Shown piece by piece: positions 52,501 through 62,652 of a DNA stretch of 64,000 nucleotides (its first letter is position 1; every line of letters starts with the position of its first letter). Position numbers and translations under genes: made by a program. The notes beneath the pieces are model-generated. The model was not told the origin of the DNA. It was given only the letters and a program-made list of their open reading frames with translations, and did not search any database. Source of the DNA: Clostridia bacterium (GTDB taxonomy: Bacteria > Bacillota > Clostridia > JAAYHZ01); NCBI GenBank assembly GCA_050950825.1, contig JBMNIH010000009.1, forward strand, positions 201,330-265,329, read 5' to 3'.

Positions 52501-52713
52501 GCAAAGGGATTCTCTATTTCCGTAGTTGTCGCTTCCGCCTTGGTTGTCGTCGTTGCTTGGGTCGTTGTCGTTTTTTGTTCCGTAGCCGAAGATGGTCGAA
52601 GCGGTACTTGTTGTGGTCTCCTCCGAAGAAATTTCTTCCCCGGAACAGCCGATTAGGGTACCTAATAAAAGTACAACCAACAATACACAGGTTATACGCC
52701 TAAAACGTATCAT
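49527..52713 (-). pseudogene. Solute-binding lipoprotein, paralog C, interrupted by IS3 copy 1
   Basis: Lipobox LIGC, Thr linker, ENPF..RFEISW, EGRWDELELEEKFNV, DPDGNGEDDTYG, GIEGIHYTWEGEP. Removing the IS and one GTAT gives in-frame TPQDTFPWTYTMFRLDWLE. Three further single-base frameshifts. Confidence 0.85.
50763..52127 (+). mobile_element. IS3-family element, copy 1 (four single-base insertions relative to copy 2)
   Basis: Ends CTATTTAGCCCCCTAAT / ATTAGGGGGTCAAACCG. 4-bp TSD GTAT (50759-50762, 52128-52131). Near-identical to copy 2. Confidence 0.93.
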
Positions 52714-52944
52714 TTATAAACCCCCTTTGCAATAAAATTTCGTATAACGAAAATTCTTTTAATTTTATTGTATAATATTTTTATGGAAAATAATAAGTAA
52801 AATTAAATTTTTATAAATTAATTGACAACTTTTAATATATCAATTAATGAAAATTTATATTATTTCTTGGTTATTTGTATTCAATTATATATACTCTGTT
52901 GCCTTTTAGAAAAAAATTCGTTAATGCGCAAAAATTTTAAGCAT

Positions 52945-52983
52945 AAAAAGAGAGTGCAGCAATATATCATCTGCACTCTTTTA
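52945..52983 (-). terminator. Terminator of clpB
   Basis: AGAGTGCAG / CTGCACTCT flanked by A/T tracts. Confidence 0.75.
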
Positions 52984-52999
52984 TAATAGTGTTTGAAGT

Positions 53000-55582
53000 T
53001 TACTTGATAACAAATTTCAATTGATCTTGATCGGCGTCCACATTTACCGTCATGTTATCCAAAATGTAACCGCTGACCATTTGGTAAGCCAATTTGTTTT
53101 CAATGTTCTGCTGCAAGTATCTCTTCACCGGTCGGGCTCCGTATACCGGGTCGTATGCATGATCGGCAATATAGTCTTTGGCTGCCTCCGACAGGATGAT
53201 CTTAATGCCTCGGTCCGCTATCCTCTTGTTAATGTCTTCTACAGACAGATCGATTATCTTCTTGATCTGTTCTCTTGTTAAAGGAGCAAACAGAACGGTT
53301 TCATCAATTCTGTTTAAAAACTCCGGCTTGAAGGTCGCCTTTAGCATGGTCATAACATTGTCTCGGGCATCCCAAGTAATCATTCCGTGATCCGTTATGC
53401 CTTCCAACAAGAATTCGCTACCTATATTGGACGTCATAATGACAACGGTGTTTTTAAAATCCACCGTACGTCCTTGGTTGTCGGTTAAACGCCCGTCGTC
53501 CAGCAATTGCAGCAAAATGTTAAATACATCGGGATGAGCTTTTTCGATTTCATCCAATAGAATAACGCTGTAGGGCTTTCTTCTTACCGCTTCGGTTAAT
53601 TGCCCTCCTTCGTCATATCCTACGTATCCCGGAGGGGCACCGATTAATCGGGACACGGAATGCTTTTCCATGTATTCGCTCATGTCGATGCGAATCATGT
53701 TCTGCTCCGTATCGAAAAGACTTTCGGCAAGGGCTTTCGCCAATTCGGTTTTTCCTACCCCGGTAGGACCTAAAAAGATGAACGAACCGATGGGTTTTCG
53801 AGGATCTTTTAATCCCGCTCTGGCCCGTATCACCGCATCGGCGACAGCTTTTACCGCTTCATCCTGCCCTACCACTCTTCGGTGCAGAATTTCCTCTAAA
53901 TGCATCAATTTGTCTCGTTCCGCTTCCATAAGCTTCGCTACCGGTATCCCTGTCCAATGGGAAACAATTTCCGCGATTTCCTCTTCGGTTACCTCTTCCT
54001 TTAGTAAGCGGTTTTCTTGCAAATTCTTCATTTGCTCATATTCCCGTTCCTTCTGCGGAAGGATTCCGTATTTCAATTTGGCCGCCAATCCCAAATCGTA
54101 TCCTCTTTCGGCTTCTTCGATTTCCTTGCGAATATTTTCGATTTCCTCTTTCAGTCGTTTCTGTTCGCCGATCTTTTTCTTTTCTTCTTCCCACTGAAGC
54201 GTAAGGCGGTCATTTTCGGCTTTCAGTTCCGCGATTTCTTCCACAAGCGCTTCGTAACGTTTTTTCGATTGCAAGTCCGTTTCTTTCTTTAATGCTTCTC
54301 GTTCAATTTCCAACTGCAGAATCTTACGGTTGATTTGGTCCAGCTCCGTAGGCATACTGTCCACTTCCGTTCTCAGCTTCGCCGCCGCTTCATCCATCAA
54401 ATCAATGGCCTTATCCGGCAAGAATCGATCGCTGATATATTTATCCGACAACGTCGCGCATGCAATGATGGCATTGTCGGTGATACGGACCCCGTGATGG
54501 ATCTCGTATTTTTCTTTCAAGCCTCTTAATATGGAAATGGTGTCCTCCACATTGGGAGCTTCCACCAAAACCTGCTGGAATCTTCTTTCCAATGCGGCGT
54601 CTTTCTCAATGTATTTTCTGTATTCCGATAAGGTGGTGGCACCGATGCAATGCAGCTCGCCTCGGGACAAAGCCGGCTTCAAAATATTCCCCGCATCCAT
54701 GGCACCTTCCGTCCTTCCCGCACCTACAATGTTATGGAGCTCGTCTATGAACAGGATGATTTTTCCGTCGGATTTAATAACCTCGTTCAAGACCGCTTTC
54801 AAGCGTTCCTCGAATTCTCCTCGATATTTTGCTCCGGCAATCAAAGCGGCCATATCCAAAGCGAAGATGGTTTTGTCTTTTAAATTCTCCGGTACGTCGC
54901 CCTTGTGAATTCGCTGCGCCAACCCTTCCACAATGGCCGTTTTACCTACGCCGGGTTCGCCTATGAGAACCGGGTTGTTTTTCGTCCTTCGGGTCAGGAT
55001 TCGTATGGTTCTTCTGATTTCATCGTCTCTTCCGATAACCGGGTCCAAACGCCCTTCCGCAGCCATCTTTACCAAATCTCGGCCGTATTTTTCCAACACG
55101 TTGTAGGTATCCTCCGGATTCGGTGACGTTACTCTTTGGTTCTTTCTTACGGCTTGCAGAGCTTTTAAAAACGTGTTCTTGTTAACATTATGGCGGTTTA
55201 GAATGCCGGTTACACGACTGCTTGCTTTATCTAGCAAAGCCATAAAAAGATGCTCAACGCTAATGTATTCATCTTTAAAATTCTTCGCTATATTCTCCGC
55301 TTCAATGAAGATCTTGTTAAGCTCTGCAGAGACATACGGATTCTGGGCAGCGGTACCGGTTACCGAAGGAAGGGAATTTACAAGACCTTCCGCATCCTTT
55401 TTCACCGATTCCACATCCACGGACATATATTTTAAAAGCTGAGGAATCAAGCCTTCTTCTTGATATAGCAAGGAATACAGCAAATGAGCCGACCCGATTT
55501 CCGGGTTGCCGTGGCTTAATGCCACCTTTTGCGTATCCATTATTGCTTCAGCCGCTTTTTGCGTCAATTTTTCCATATTCAT
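53000..55582 (-). CDS. clpB: Disaggregase ClpB
   Basis: Two AAA+ modules ([16 protein letters not shown]), long coiled-coil M-domain, [14 protein letters not shown]. Confidence 0.97.
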   Translation of the reverse strand: MNMEKLTQKAAEAIMDTQKVALSHGNPEIGSAHLLYSLLYQEEGLIPQLLKYMSVDVESVKKDAEGLVNSLPSVTGTAAQNPYVSAELNKIFIEAENIAKNFKDEYISVEHLFMALLDKASSRVTGILNRHNVNKNTFLKALQAVRKNQRVTSPNPEDTYNVLEKYGRDLVKMAAEGRLDPVIGRDDEIRRTIRILTRRTKNNPVLIGEPGVGKTAIVEGLAQRIHKGDVPENLKDKTIFALDMAALIAGAKYRGEFEERLKAVLNEVIKSDGKIILFIDELHNIVGAGRTEGAMDAGNILKPALSRGELHCIGATTLSEYRKYIEKDAALERRFQQVLVEAPNVEDTISILRGLKEKYEIHHGVRITDNAIIACATLSDKYISDRFLPDKAIDLMDEAAAKLRTEVDSMPTELDQINRKILQLEIEREALKKETDLQSKKRYEALVEEIAELKAENDRLTLQWEEEKKKIGEQKRLKEEIENIRKEIEEAERGYDLGLAAKLKYGILPQKEREYEQMKNLQENRLLKEEVTEEEIAEIVSHWTGIPVAKLMEAERDKLMHLEEILHRRVVGQDEAVKAVADAVIRARAGLKDPRKPIGSFIFLGPTGVGKTELAKALAESLFDTEQNMIRIDMSEYMEKHSVSRLIGAPPGYVGYDEGGQLTEAVRRKPYSVILLDEIEKAHPDVFNILLQLLDDGRLTDNQGRTVDFKNTVVIMTSNIGSEFLLEGITDHGMITWDARDNVMTMLKATFKPEFLNRIDETVLFAPLTREQIKKIIDLSVEDINKRIADRGIKIILSEAAKDYIADHAYDPVYGARPVKRYLQQNIENKLAYQMVSGYILDNMTVNVDADQDQLKFVIK

Positions 55583-55615
55583 ACGTTTTTATCACCCCTT
55601 GCATTCTTTCGTTTT

Positions 55616-56563
55616 TTAACGTCGCGGAGCAACCGGATTATGCTCCATTAATTCTCTGTACAGTTTTTTCATTTTTTCGTCGATCACAGGAGGATTGACG
55701 ATGGAAATATTCAAATAAAGGTTGCCTCGATTATGGTTTCGATCCGTATATCCTTGTCCCGGAATCCGAAGCTTGTTTCCGGTATTGATTCCGGGAGGGA
55801 TGTTGACGTTCATTTTCTTCCCGTCCGGCATATCCACCAATATACCGGTACCTAATGCCGCTTCCCAAGGTAACAATTCGACCTTCTTTTCCATATCCAA
55901 ACCGTTTACCTTGTATTGCGCATTCGGCGAAAAGTTAATTTTAATGTACATATCGCCGTTCGGACCGCCGTTCACTCCTTCGGAACCTTGTCCTTTCAGC
56001 TTAATTTGCTCTCCTTCCTTAATACCTACCGGTATTTTAATATCCAAGGTCTTCGCTTTGCCGTTGACATTTACCGTTACCTTAACCGATTTTCCTAACA
56101 AAGCATCTGTCGGGTCGATTTCAAGGTGAGACGTAATGTCTTCTCCCTTTCGTTTGACGGACCTTGCACCTCGGGATCCGAACCCGAAAATGGACCCTAA
56201 GATATCGTCGGTATTGAAGCCGTCCGATCCTCCGCCGAAAAACATATTAAAAAAATCGGAAAATCCGCTTGCATTTCCCGTTTGGTAATAGGTTCTGTTA
56301 AATCCGAACTGTGAAGGATCGAATTCGAATCCGTCGTTGAAGTCCATCCGGTGTCCGAATTGGTCGTATTTTTTCCTTTTCTCTTTGTCGCCTAACACTT
56401 CGTAGGCTTCGCTGATCTCTTTGAACTTTTCTTCCGCTTCTTTATTACCGGGATTCGCGTCCGGATGATATTTTTTCGCCAGCTTTCGATAGGCTTTTTT
56501 GATTTCTTCATCTGTTGCATCCTTTTTCACACCGAGAATCTCGTAATAATCTTTAAACTTCAA
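55616..56563 (-). CDS. CbpA-like class B J-domain co-chaperone (no Zn finger)
   Basis: [14 protein letters not shown]-rich region, DnaJ_C domain, no CxxCxGxG. TTG start after GAGGTG. Confidence 0.9.
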   Translation of the reverse strand: MKFKDYYEILGVKKDATDEEIKKAYRKLAKKYHPDANPGNKEAEEKFKEISEAYEVLGDKEKRKKYDQFGHRMDFNDGFEFDPSQFGFNRTYYQTGNASGFSDFFNMFFGGGSDGFNTDDILGSIFGFGSRGARSVKRKGEDITSHLEIDPTDALLGKSVKVTVNVNGKAKTLDIKIPVGIKEGEQIKLKGQGSEGVNGGPNGDMYIKINFSPNAQYKVNGLDMEKKVELLPWEAALGTGILVDMPDGKKMNVNIPPGINTGNKLRIPGQGYTDRNHNRGNLYLNISIVNPPVIDEKMKKLYRELMEHNPVAPRR

Positions 56564-56663
56564 ACACCTTCACCTCTTTTCATTCGTATGCACACCAATC
56601 GCTTGGGACACATACTCACTTTATATTTATACACAAATTCATCGCTTTATTTCACAAACTGTC

Positions 56664-56709
56664 TTTGACTTTCTTTGACTATTATATAGCAAAACAGGAT
56701 GCTTTGCAA
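56664..56709 (-). promoter_or_regulatory. Sigma-A promoter with CtsR operator
   Basis: Minus strand TTGCAA-17-TATAAT (56709-56681) immediately followed by AGTCAAA-GAA-AGTCAAA (56680-56664), matching the CtsR consensus RGTCAAA-NAN-RGTCAAA. Confidence 0.88.
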
Positions 56710-56919
56710 TATATTGATTAAAAAAATTTGCAGGTATTTTAGAATTGTAAGCTATTGTCCGCCGGTTAAAAGGCTTTGAAGCTCGTTCATATATTCTTTT
56801 TTGTACGATCTTTGGAGCCGTGCGTAAAGCTCTATATACTCCTCGACCTCCGTATGATAGTCCAATAAATCGAGAAAAACGATCCTCCAATCATCGGTTT
56901 GACCCCCTAATTATGGAGA

Positions 56920-57891
56920 TTATGCAGCAAATGCTTTAGCTTTTACATTCTTTCTCATAATTGCTTCATAGAATTTATTTGGAGCCATATATTTTATGCT
57001 TCCATGCCTTCTGCGATTATTATAATAATTCATATATTCAGTTATTGTTTCGTATGCCTCCTTAAAATTGTTCCATTCATTGCGACTGTAACATTCATCT
57101 TCCAATATTGAATGGAATGATTCTATGTGTGCATTCATATTAGGAGTTTTTACTGGTATCCTTTGATGAACTATATTATTGCTGTTGCAGAATTCTTCAA
57201 ATTCTTTAGATACAAATTGAGGGCCATTGTCTGTCCTTATCTTAGGTGTCCTTAAACCACCATATATATTGCGCTTTCTTATACTATTTCTCAATACATT
57301 GCAAGCATCAGAAGCTTTACAGGATAAGCCTATATGATAATCTATAATGCTTCTGTCAAATACATCTATTAGAGATAGTTGAAAGAAGAATTTATCTTCT
57401 CCGCTTATATATCCGTATTTTACATCCATTTCCCAAAGCTCATTGGGAGCTGATATTGTTTCTTTCTTAGCTAAATGCTTAGAACTCTTTTCCTTTATTT
57501 TTCTTTGAGGTCTTAGTATATCTAATTCTTTACACAGCCTATATACTTTTTTATGATTGATAATTAGATCATAATCTTCTCTAAGACATATTGTTAGTTT
57601 ACGGTAACCATAGGGAAAACCATCTCCTGATATTAAATTGCATAACCACTCCTTTATTTGTTCATCAGATACTTTTCTACCGGTCTTTGTATATGAATAA
57701 CCAGGTCTAGGCCTTCCATTATCTTTATTAGATGCTGCAATATTATGATTTCTATTAGATTTTGATTGCCTTTTTATGTATTCATAATAGGTGGATGCAG
57801 CAATGCCGACAAAGCCAAGTACTAAAGATATATCATAACCTTTATTTATCCACCTTAATGCAATTGCAACCTTGTCGGCTACTTGGGGTTT
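56920..57891 (-). CDS. IS3 OrfB (DDE integrase core), in the -1 frame relative to OrfA
   Basis: Open frame KPQVADKVAIALRW...STYY...YGYRK...WEMDVKY...RTDNGPQF...NAHIESFH...YN..RRHGS. Confidence 0.85.
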   Translation of the reverse strand, partial: KPQVADKVAIALRWINKGYDISLVLGFVGIAASTYYEYIKRQSKSNRNHNIAASNKDNGRPRPGYSYTKTGRKVSDEQIKEWLCNLISGDGFPYGYRKLTICLREDYDLIINHKKVYRLCKELDILRPQRKIKEKSSKHLAKKETISAPNELWEMDVKYGYISGEDKFFFQLSLIDVFDRSIIDYHIGLSCKASDACNVLRNSIRKRNIYGGLRTPKIRTDNGPQFVSKEFEEFCNSNNIVHQRIPVKTPNMNAHIESFHSILEDECYSRNEWNNFKEAYETITEYMNYYNNRRRHGSIKYMAPNKFYEAIMRKNVKAKAFAA

Positions 57892-58184
57892 ACTCTATCC
57901 CTTAATTCTCTAAGTATTAGCAGCTCTAACTCTTTTTCTGCAACAAGCTTTTTTAATCTATCATTTTCTGTGCTTACAACATTAAGCCTATGTTCTAATT
58001 CTTTTACTCTATTGTCTTTATTTTTAGGAAGTGGAGTGACTGAACCTCTCTTCTTATAAGCTTTTATCCAACCATATATAGTAGTTTTGGATATATCATG
58101 GCGTCTAGCAACAAGGGAAATATTACCCACTTCTTGACATTCTTTTATTACTTGTTCCTTGAACTTATCATCATAGTGTTTCAT
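57879..58184 (-). CDS. IS3 OrfA (HTH plus leucine zipper)
   Basis: YDDKFKEQV...VARRHDIS.TTIY.W...EN.RLKKLVAEKEL. Confidence 0.88.
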   Translation of the reverse strand: MKHYDDKFKEQVIKECQEVGNISLVARRHDISKTTIYGWIKAYKKRGSVTPLPKNKDNRVKELEHRLNVVSTENDRLKKLVAEKELELLILRELRDRVNPK

Positions 58185-58590
58185 TTGGATTAACCCCCTA
58201 TATTCATTTTACTAAATTCGTATGGTTTCTCCAATTATATTAGGGGGCTAAATAGTCATACTCGCTGCTGCGTGAAAAAACGAAGCCTTCTTTATCCAAT
58301 AGTTTTTGGTATTTGTCTGCAATGGTTTCGAAATTTCCCGCATCATCCAATGAAAAGCTGTCCAGTACGACTTTTGTGAAGGCATCGATTCGGTAGTTTT
58401 TTAAAATACGTCGGGTAATGGTGAGTATTCCGACGATTAAGAGCCAATGAATCCGATATAGAGAGCCACCCTTTCCGAATATGGGAGCCGATTATTTTGG
58501 AAAGATAATCCGCGTTTGAGAGCCACCTTTCAAAGTAATACAATTATTCCTACGGTTGTTACCGTAATACTTTGAGAGGAGGACATCTTT

Positions 58591-60069
58591 ATGTCCAAAG
58601 AAAAACAAATTCTACAACTTCTCCAAAAAGGCTATAGCCAGCGGAGAATAGCGGATACGTTGAAAGTATCCAGAAACACGGTAGCTAAGGTAACCAAGGC
58701 TGTGATGGAACATCCTATTCCTGTAGACATCCTTGATTCTATCAGTGAATCAGAACTATGTCAAAAGCTGTTCCCTGAGGAAGCGTTGATACCGGTTCAT
58801 GTCACCCCTGACTTTGATTACATCCACAAAGAACTACTGAAAAGCGGAGTAACATTAAAGCTTCTGTGGCAAGAATATGTTGACGCTTGTCGTAACGAGG
58901 GTAAACCGCCCTACATGTATTCTCAGTACTGTAAACTCTACCAGGACTATGTAGACAAAAACAGCCTTACAATGCATATCCGGCATAAACCCGGAGATAA
59001 ATTAATGGTAGATTGGGATGGAGCCACCTTGCCGCTATATGACAAATTGACAGGAAAAAGCTGCAAGGTTTATTTGTTTGTCGGGACTCTTCCGTTTAGC
59101 ATGTACTGTTATGCAAAAGCATGTCTTACCATGAAGGAGGAAGACTGGATAAATGCTCATATTAGCATGTATGAGTACTTCGGAGGAACAACCAGGATGT
59201 TAATACCCGATAACCTTAAGGTTGGGATCCTCGAAAACAAGAAACATGAAGATCCTATTGTTAATCGCGCATATCAAGAGTTAGCAGATCACTACCAAAC
59301 AGCCATTCTACCGGCTCGCATTATGGCCCCGCGTGATAAAGCAGCCGTAGAAACTACTGTAGGTAATCTGACATCCCATATCATAGCAAGGTTACGAAAT
59401 CGTCAGTTCTTCAGTATTGAAGAATTGAATAAAGCAATTCTCAAGGAATTGGATAAATTCAACCAAAATCCATTCCAGAAGAAGGATGGCAGCCGTTATT
59501 CGGTTTTCATGGAAGAAGAACTTCCCTTCATGCAATCGCTGCCTAAATACCCGTACGAATTGGCACAATGGAAAACAGCGACGGTACAGCTGAATTACCA
59601 TATTGCCATAGATCAACAATACTATTCAGTACCTTATGAATATGTTAAAAAGAAGGTAGACGTTAGGTATACCAAGAGTATCATCGAAGTCTATTACAAA
59701 GGAACCCGTATTTGTAGTCATAAACGCTTGTATGGCCGCAGGGGACAGTATTCCACCGTGGTTGATCATATGCCGGCGAACCACCAATTGTACAGCGAAT
59801 GGGATTCCACACGTTTTCTGAAATGGGCTTCCGATATCGGCGAAGCCACAAAGCAGGTCGTCCGGAGAATGTTTGAATCCTATCGAATAGAAGAACAGGC
59901 ATACAAAGGCTGCCTATCGCTTCTGAAACTGTCCGACAAATATACACCTGAAAGGTTAGAAGATGCCTGTCGAATAGCACTTACCAAGATACCCAACCCT
60001 CGCTACAAAAACATTCGCCTGATTTTAGAAGCAGGCCAAGATAAAAAGTCGTCAGTATTTATTGCATAA
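58591..60069 (+). CDS. istA: IS21 transposase IstA (outer), C-terminally truncated
   Basis: H.PG..L.VDW, PDNLK, PRDKA.VE. The native tail (EMSKP...RGAAYFGGEKHEK*) resumes at about 62566. Confidence 0.9.
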   Translation: MSKEKQILQLLQKGYSQRRIADTLKVSRNTVAKVTKAVMEHPIPVDILDSISESELCQKLFPEEALIPVHVTPDFDYIHKELLKSGVTLKLLWQEYVDACRNEGKPPYMYSQYCKLYQDYVDKNSLTMHIRHKPGDKLMVDWDGATLPLYDKLTGKSCKVYLFVGTLPFSMYCYAKACLTMKEEDWINAHISMYEYFGGTTRMLIPDNLKVGILENKKHEDPIVNRAYQELADHYQTAILPARIMAPRDKAAVETTVGNLTSHIIARLRNRQFFSIEELNKAILKELDKFNQNPFQKKDGSRYSVFMEEELPFMQSLPKYPYELAQWKTATVQLNYHIAIDQQYYSVPYEYVKKKVDVRYTKSIIEVYYKGTRICSHKRLYGRRGQYSTVVDHMPANHQLYSEWDSTRFLKWASDIGEATKQVVRRMFESYRIEEQAYKGCLSLLKLSDKYTPERLEDACRIALTKIPNPRYKNIRLILEAGQDKKSSVFIA

Positions 60070-60211
60070 TAAAAACGGACGAAGTTGCAAAAAAATTTCC
60101 CCAGTTTTGCAACGATGATTTCCTCATAATTGCAAAAGGCCATTGAAGGCACCACACCAACATAATATCCTTGTGATTGATGACAAAATCAGTTACAAGG
60201 AGGATTGGAGG

Positions 60212-61738
60212 ATGCTATCAATGACCCAAATCAAGGATATCAGAAAAATGTATTTTGAGGAAGGGAAAAATATCAGCGAGATAGCCAGAGAAACCGGCCA
60301 TGACCGCAAAACGGTAAGGGCATATCTTGACAAAGAGGACTGGAATCAGGAACTGCCGAAAGTGAAGAAGGAAAATGCCTTTCCGAAACTTGATCCATAC
60401 AAGCATGACATTGATGCATGGCTAAACGAGGATAAAAAGGCCAGGCGCAAGCAAAGACACACAGCAAAACGAATATACGACCGGCTGGTGGAAAAGTACG
60501 GAGAAGGCTTCAACTGTTCCTACAGGACTGTAGCGGGATATGTAGCTGTAAAGAAAAAAGAGATATTCAGCGCAAAAGAAGGATTTCTGCCATTAGAGCA
60601 TACACCTGGTGAGGCTCAGGCAGACTTTGGCGATGCTGACTTTTATGAAAATGGCAGGCACTACAGAGGGAAAAGTCTGACTTTATCATTTCCACACAGC
60701 AACAAGGGATATACTCAGCTATTCAAAGGAGAGAACCAAGAATGCCTGTTCGAGGGTTTGAAGGCAATATTTGAGCACATAGGAGGAGTGCCGCCAAGGA
60801 TATGGTTTGATAATGCCAGCACCATAGTAGCTAAGGTAATAAAAGGCGGAGGCAGGAATCTGACAGATGACTTCATGCGTTTCATGGAACATTACCGTTT
60901 CGAAGCGGCCTTCTGTAATGTAGATGCCGGACATGAAAAAGGCAATGTGGAGAACAAGGTTGGCTATCATAGGAGAAACATGCTGGTACCGGTACCACGT
61001 TTTGAAGACATCAGTGAATTCAATGAAGAACTCCTGAGAAGGTGTGAAGAAGATGCCAAAAGGACGCATTACCGAAAGAACGGGACGATCGAAGAGCTAT
61101 ACAGAGACGATAAAACAGCCCTTCTGGAACTGCCCAAAACAGCTTTTGATACAAGCAAATACATAACAGTGAAGACAAACGGATATGGCAAATTTTTGCT
61201 CAACAAAGGCCTGCACGAATATTCCTCAGCGCCTAAATTCGCAAACAAATATGTACTGGTCAGGCTGACTGCCTTTCATGTAACAGTGCTTGATGAAAGC
61301 TATCGGGAGATAGTGCGTCATGAAAGGCTCTACGGTAACTATAAGCAACAAAGCATGCAGTGGTTGCCGTATCTTAATCTGTTGGCACGAAGGCCGGGCG
61401 CGTTGAAATACACAGGTGTTTATCATATGTTGCCGCAGCCCATAAAAGAGTATATGGAGGATTTAAGCAAGCAAGAAAAAGGGAAAGTGTTAAGAACAAT
61501 TGCCGACCTGACACAAAGGAGCAGCTTTGAAAAAGCGGTTGAGACCATTCGTGCTGCACTATCCTATGGAGTTACTGATGTAGATAGTTTAATAAATCTA
61601 CACAGCCGGCTGCATGAAAAAGCACTGCAGCTTGAACCAGTGCGTCTGCCTGAACATATACCAAATCTAAAAAGGTACGAGCCTAACTTTATAGCCTATG
61701 ACAAATGTCTTGGGAAGGCAGGTGTAAAGGGATGTTAG
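60212..61738 (+). CDS. istA: IS21 transposase IstA (inner)
   Basis: RKQRHTAKRI, PGEAQADFG, WFDNAS, EKGNVENKVG. Confidence 0.93.
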   Translation: MLSMTQIKDIRKMYFEEGKNISEIARETGHDRKTVRAYLDKEDWNQELPKVKKENAFPKLDPYKHDIDAWLNEDKKARRKQRHTAKRIYDRLVEKYGEGFNCSYRTVAGYVAVKKKEIFSAKEGFLPLEHTPGEAQADFGDADFYENGRHYRGKSLTLSFPHSNKGYTQLFKGENQECLFEGLKAIFEHIGGVPPRIWFDNASTIVAKVIKGGGRNLTDDFMRFMEHYRFEAAFCNVDAGHEKGNVENKVGYHRRNMLVPVPRFEDISEFNEELLRRCEEDAKRTHYRKNGTIEELYRDDKTALLELPKTAFDTSKYITVKTNGYGKFLLNKGLHEYSSAPKFANKYVLVRLTAFHVTVLDESYREIVRHERLYGNYKQQSMQWLPYLNLLARRPGALKYTGVYHMLPQPIKEYMEDLSKQEKGKVLRTIADLTQRSSFEKAVETIRAALSYGVTDVDSLINLHSRLHEKALQLEPVRLPEHIPNLKRYEPNFIAYDKCLGKAGVKGC

Positions 61739-62457
61739 AGTATGATATTGCTTCTTGCTGTAAGAGGCTTCGTTTAAGCAAAAACATCGTGGAAATGTCG
61801 GTGAAGATCCAGGCAGACAGCCATCAGGAGTATCTGCTTAAACTTCTTCAAGCGGAGATAACACACCGTGAAAAAGCAAGGAGGGATAAGTTGCTAAAAA
61901 AGGCTGGTTTTTATACCATAAAGACCTTTGAAAGCTTTAGGTTTGATGAAGTAACTCTTCCCAGCGGTGTTACTCCGGAATACCTTAAAGAATGTGAATT
62001 TATCGCAAACAAGACCAACATTGTCATGTATGGCAACGTTGGAACCGGGAAGACGCATCTTTCCATAGCCTTAGGAGTGGAAGCGTGTAAGAAGGGTTTA
62101 GAGGTTAGGTTTTTCAGGACATCAGCCCTTGTGAACAAGTTGGCGGAGCAAAAGAAAGCCGGGAGTTTATCTGCTTTTCTAAAAACACTTAATAAGGCCG
62201 ATCTATTGATCTGTGATGAGTGGGGTTATGTCCCTCTTGACCGTGTAGGTGCGCAGCTTTTGTTTGAAGTAATATCAGAGTGTTATGAGCGTAAATCGGT
62301 AATTATCAATACCAATATAGAGTTTTCAAGATGGGTAAATGTGTTCTATGACGAGCAGATGACTGGAGCTATCATCGACCGGCTACTCCACCACTGCCAC
62401 CTGCTGCTGTTTCCCGGTCAAAGCAACAGGCTACGGGAATCAGCACTAAACATATGA
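61732..62457 (+). CDS. istB: IS21 helper ATPase IstB (inner)
   Basis: GNVGTGKTHL, LLICDEWGY, AIIDRLLHH. Confidence 0.93.
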   Translation: MLEYDIASCCKRLRLSKNIVEMSVKIQADSHQEYLLKLLQAEITHREKARRDKLLKKAGFYTIKTFESFRFDEVTLPSGVTPEYLKECEFIANKTNIVMYGNVGTGKTHLSIALGVEACKKGLEVRFFRTSALVNKLAEQKKAGSLSAFLKTLNKADLLICDEWGYVPLDRVGAQLLFEVISECYERKSVIINTNIEFSRWVNVFYDEQMTGAIIDRLLHHCHLLLFPGQSNRLRESALNI

Positions 62458-62652
62458 GATTTTGCTGCTAAAGTTGCTGGGGTTGACATAAAATTTCACC
62501 ACCGGTGCCTGGGGAAAAATTTTTGCAAAAGTGAGGAAATTTCTCTTGCAAAAAACAGTCGTCAGAAATGTCCAAACCCAACAAAACTGACGATACTTCC
62601 TCTGATAAATACGCCATCATAAGAGGTGCTGCTTACTTCGGAGGTGAAAAAC

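Larger units (their letters stand above)
56895..58255 (-). mobile_element. IS3-family element, copy 2 (intact, 1361 bp)
   Basis: Same terminal IRs as copy 1. 4-bp TSD TCAT (56891-56894, 58256-58259). Confidence 0.95.
60056..62557 (+). mobile_element. IS21-family element (inner, 2502 bp)
   Basis: Ends TATTTATTGCA / TGCAAAAAACA. TSD GTCGTCAG (60048-60055, 62558-62565). Repeated TTGCAA subterminal motifs. Confidence 0.92.

Noticed and set aside
56639-56890. Track ORFs 56639-56890 and 58343-58543 as small genes
   Set aside because: They are off-frame readings of the fragmented SBP-like gene, the adjacent promoter and an IS21 end.
50763-58255. Composite transposon carrying clpB between IS3 copies 1 and 2
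   Set aside because: Each copy has its own matched TSD (GTAT/GTAT, TCAT/TCAT) and the interrupted genes rejoin across each, so they are independent insertions.
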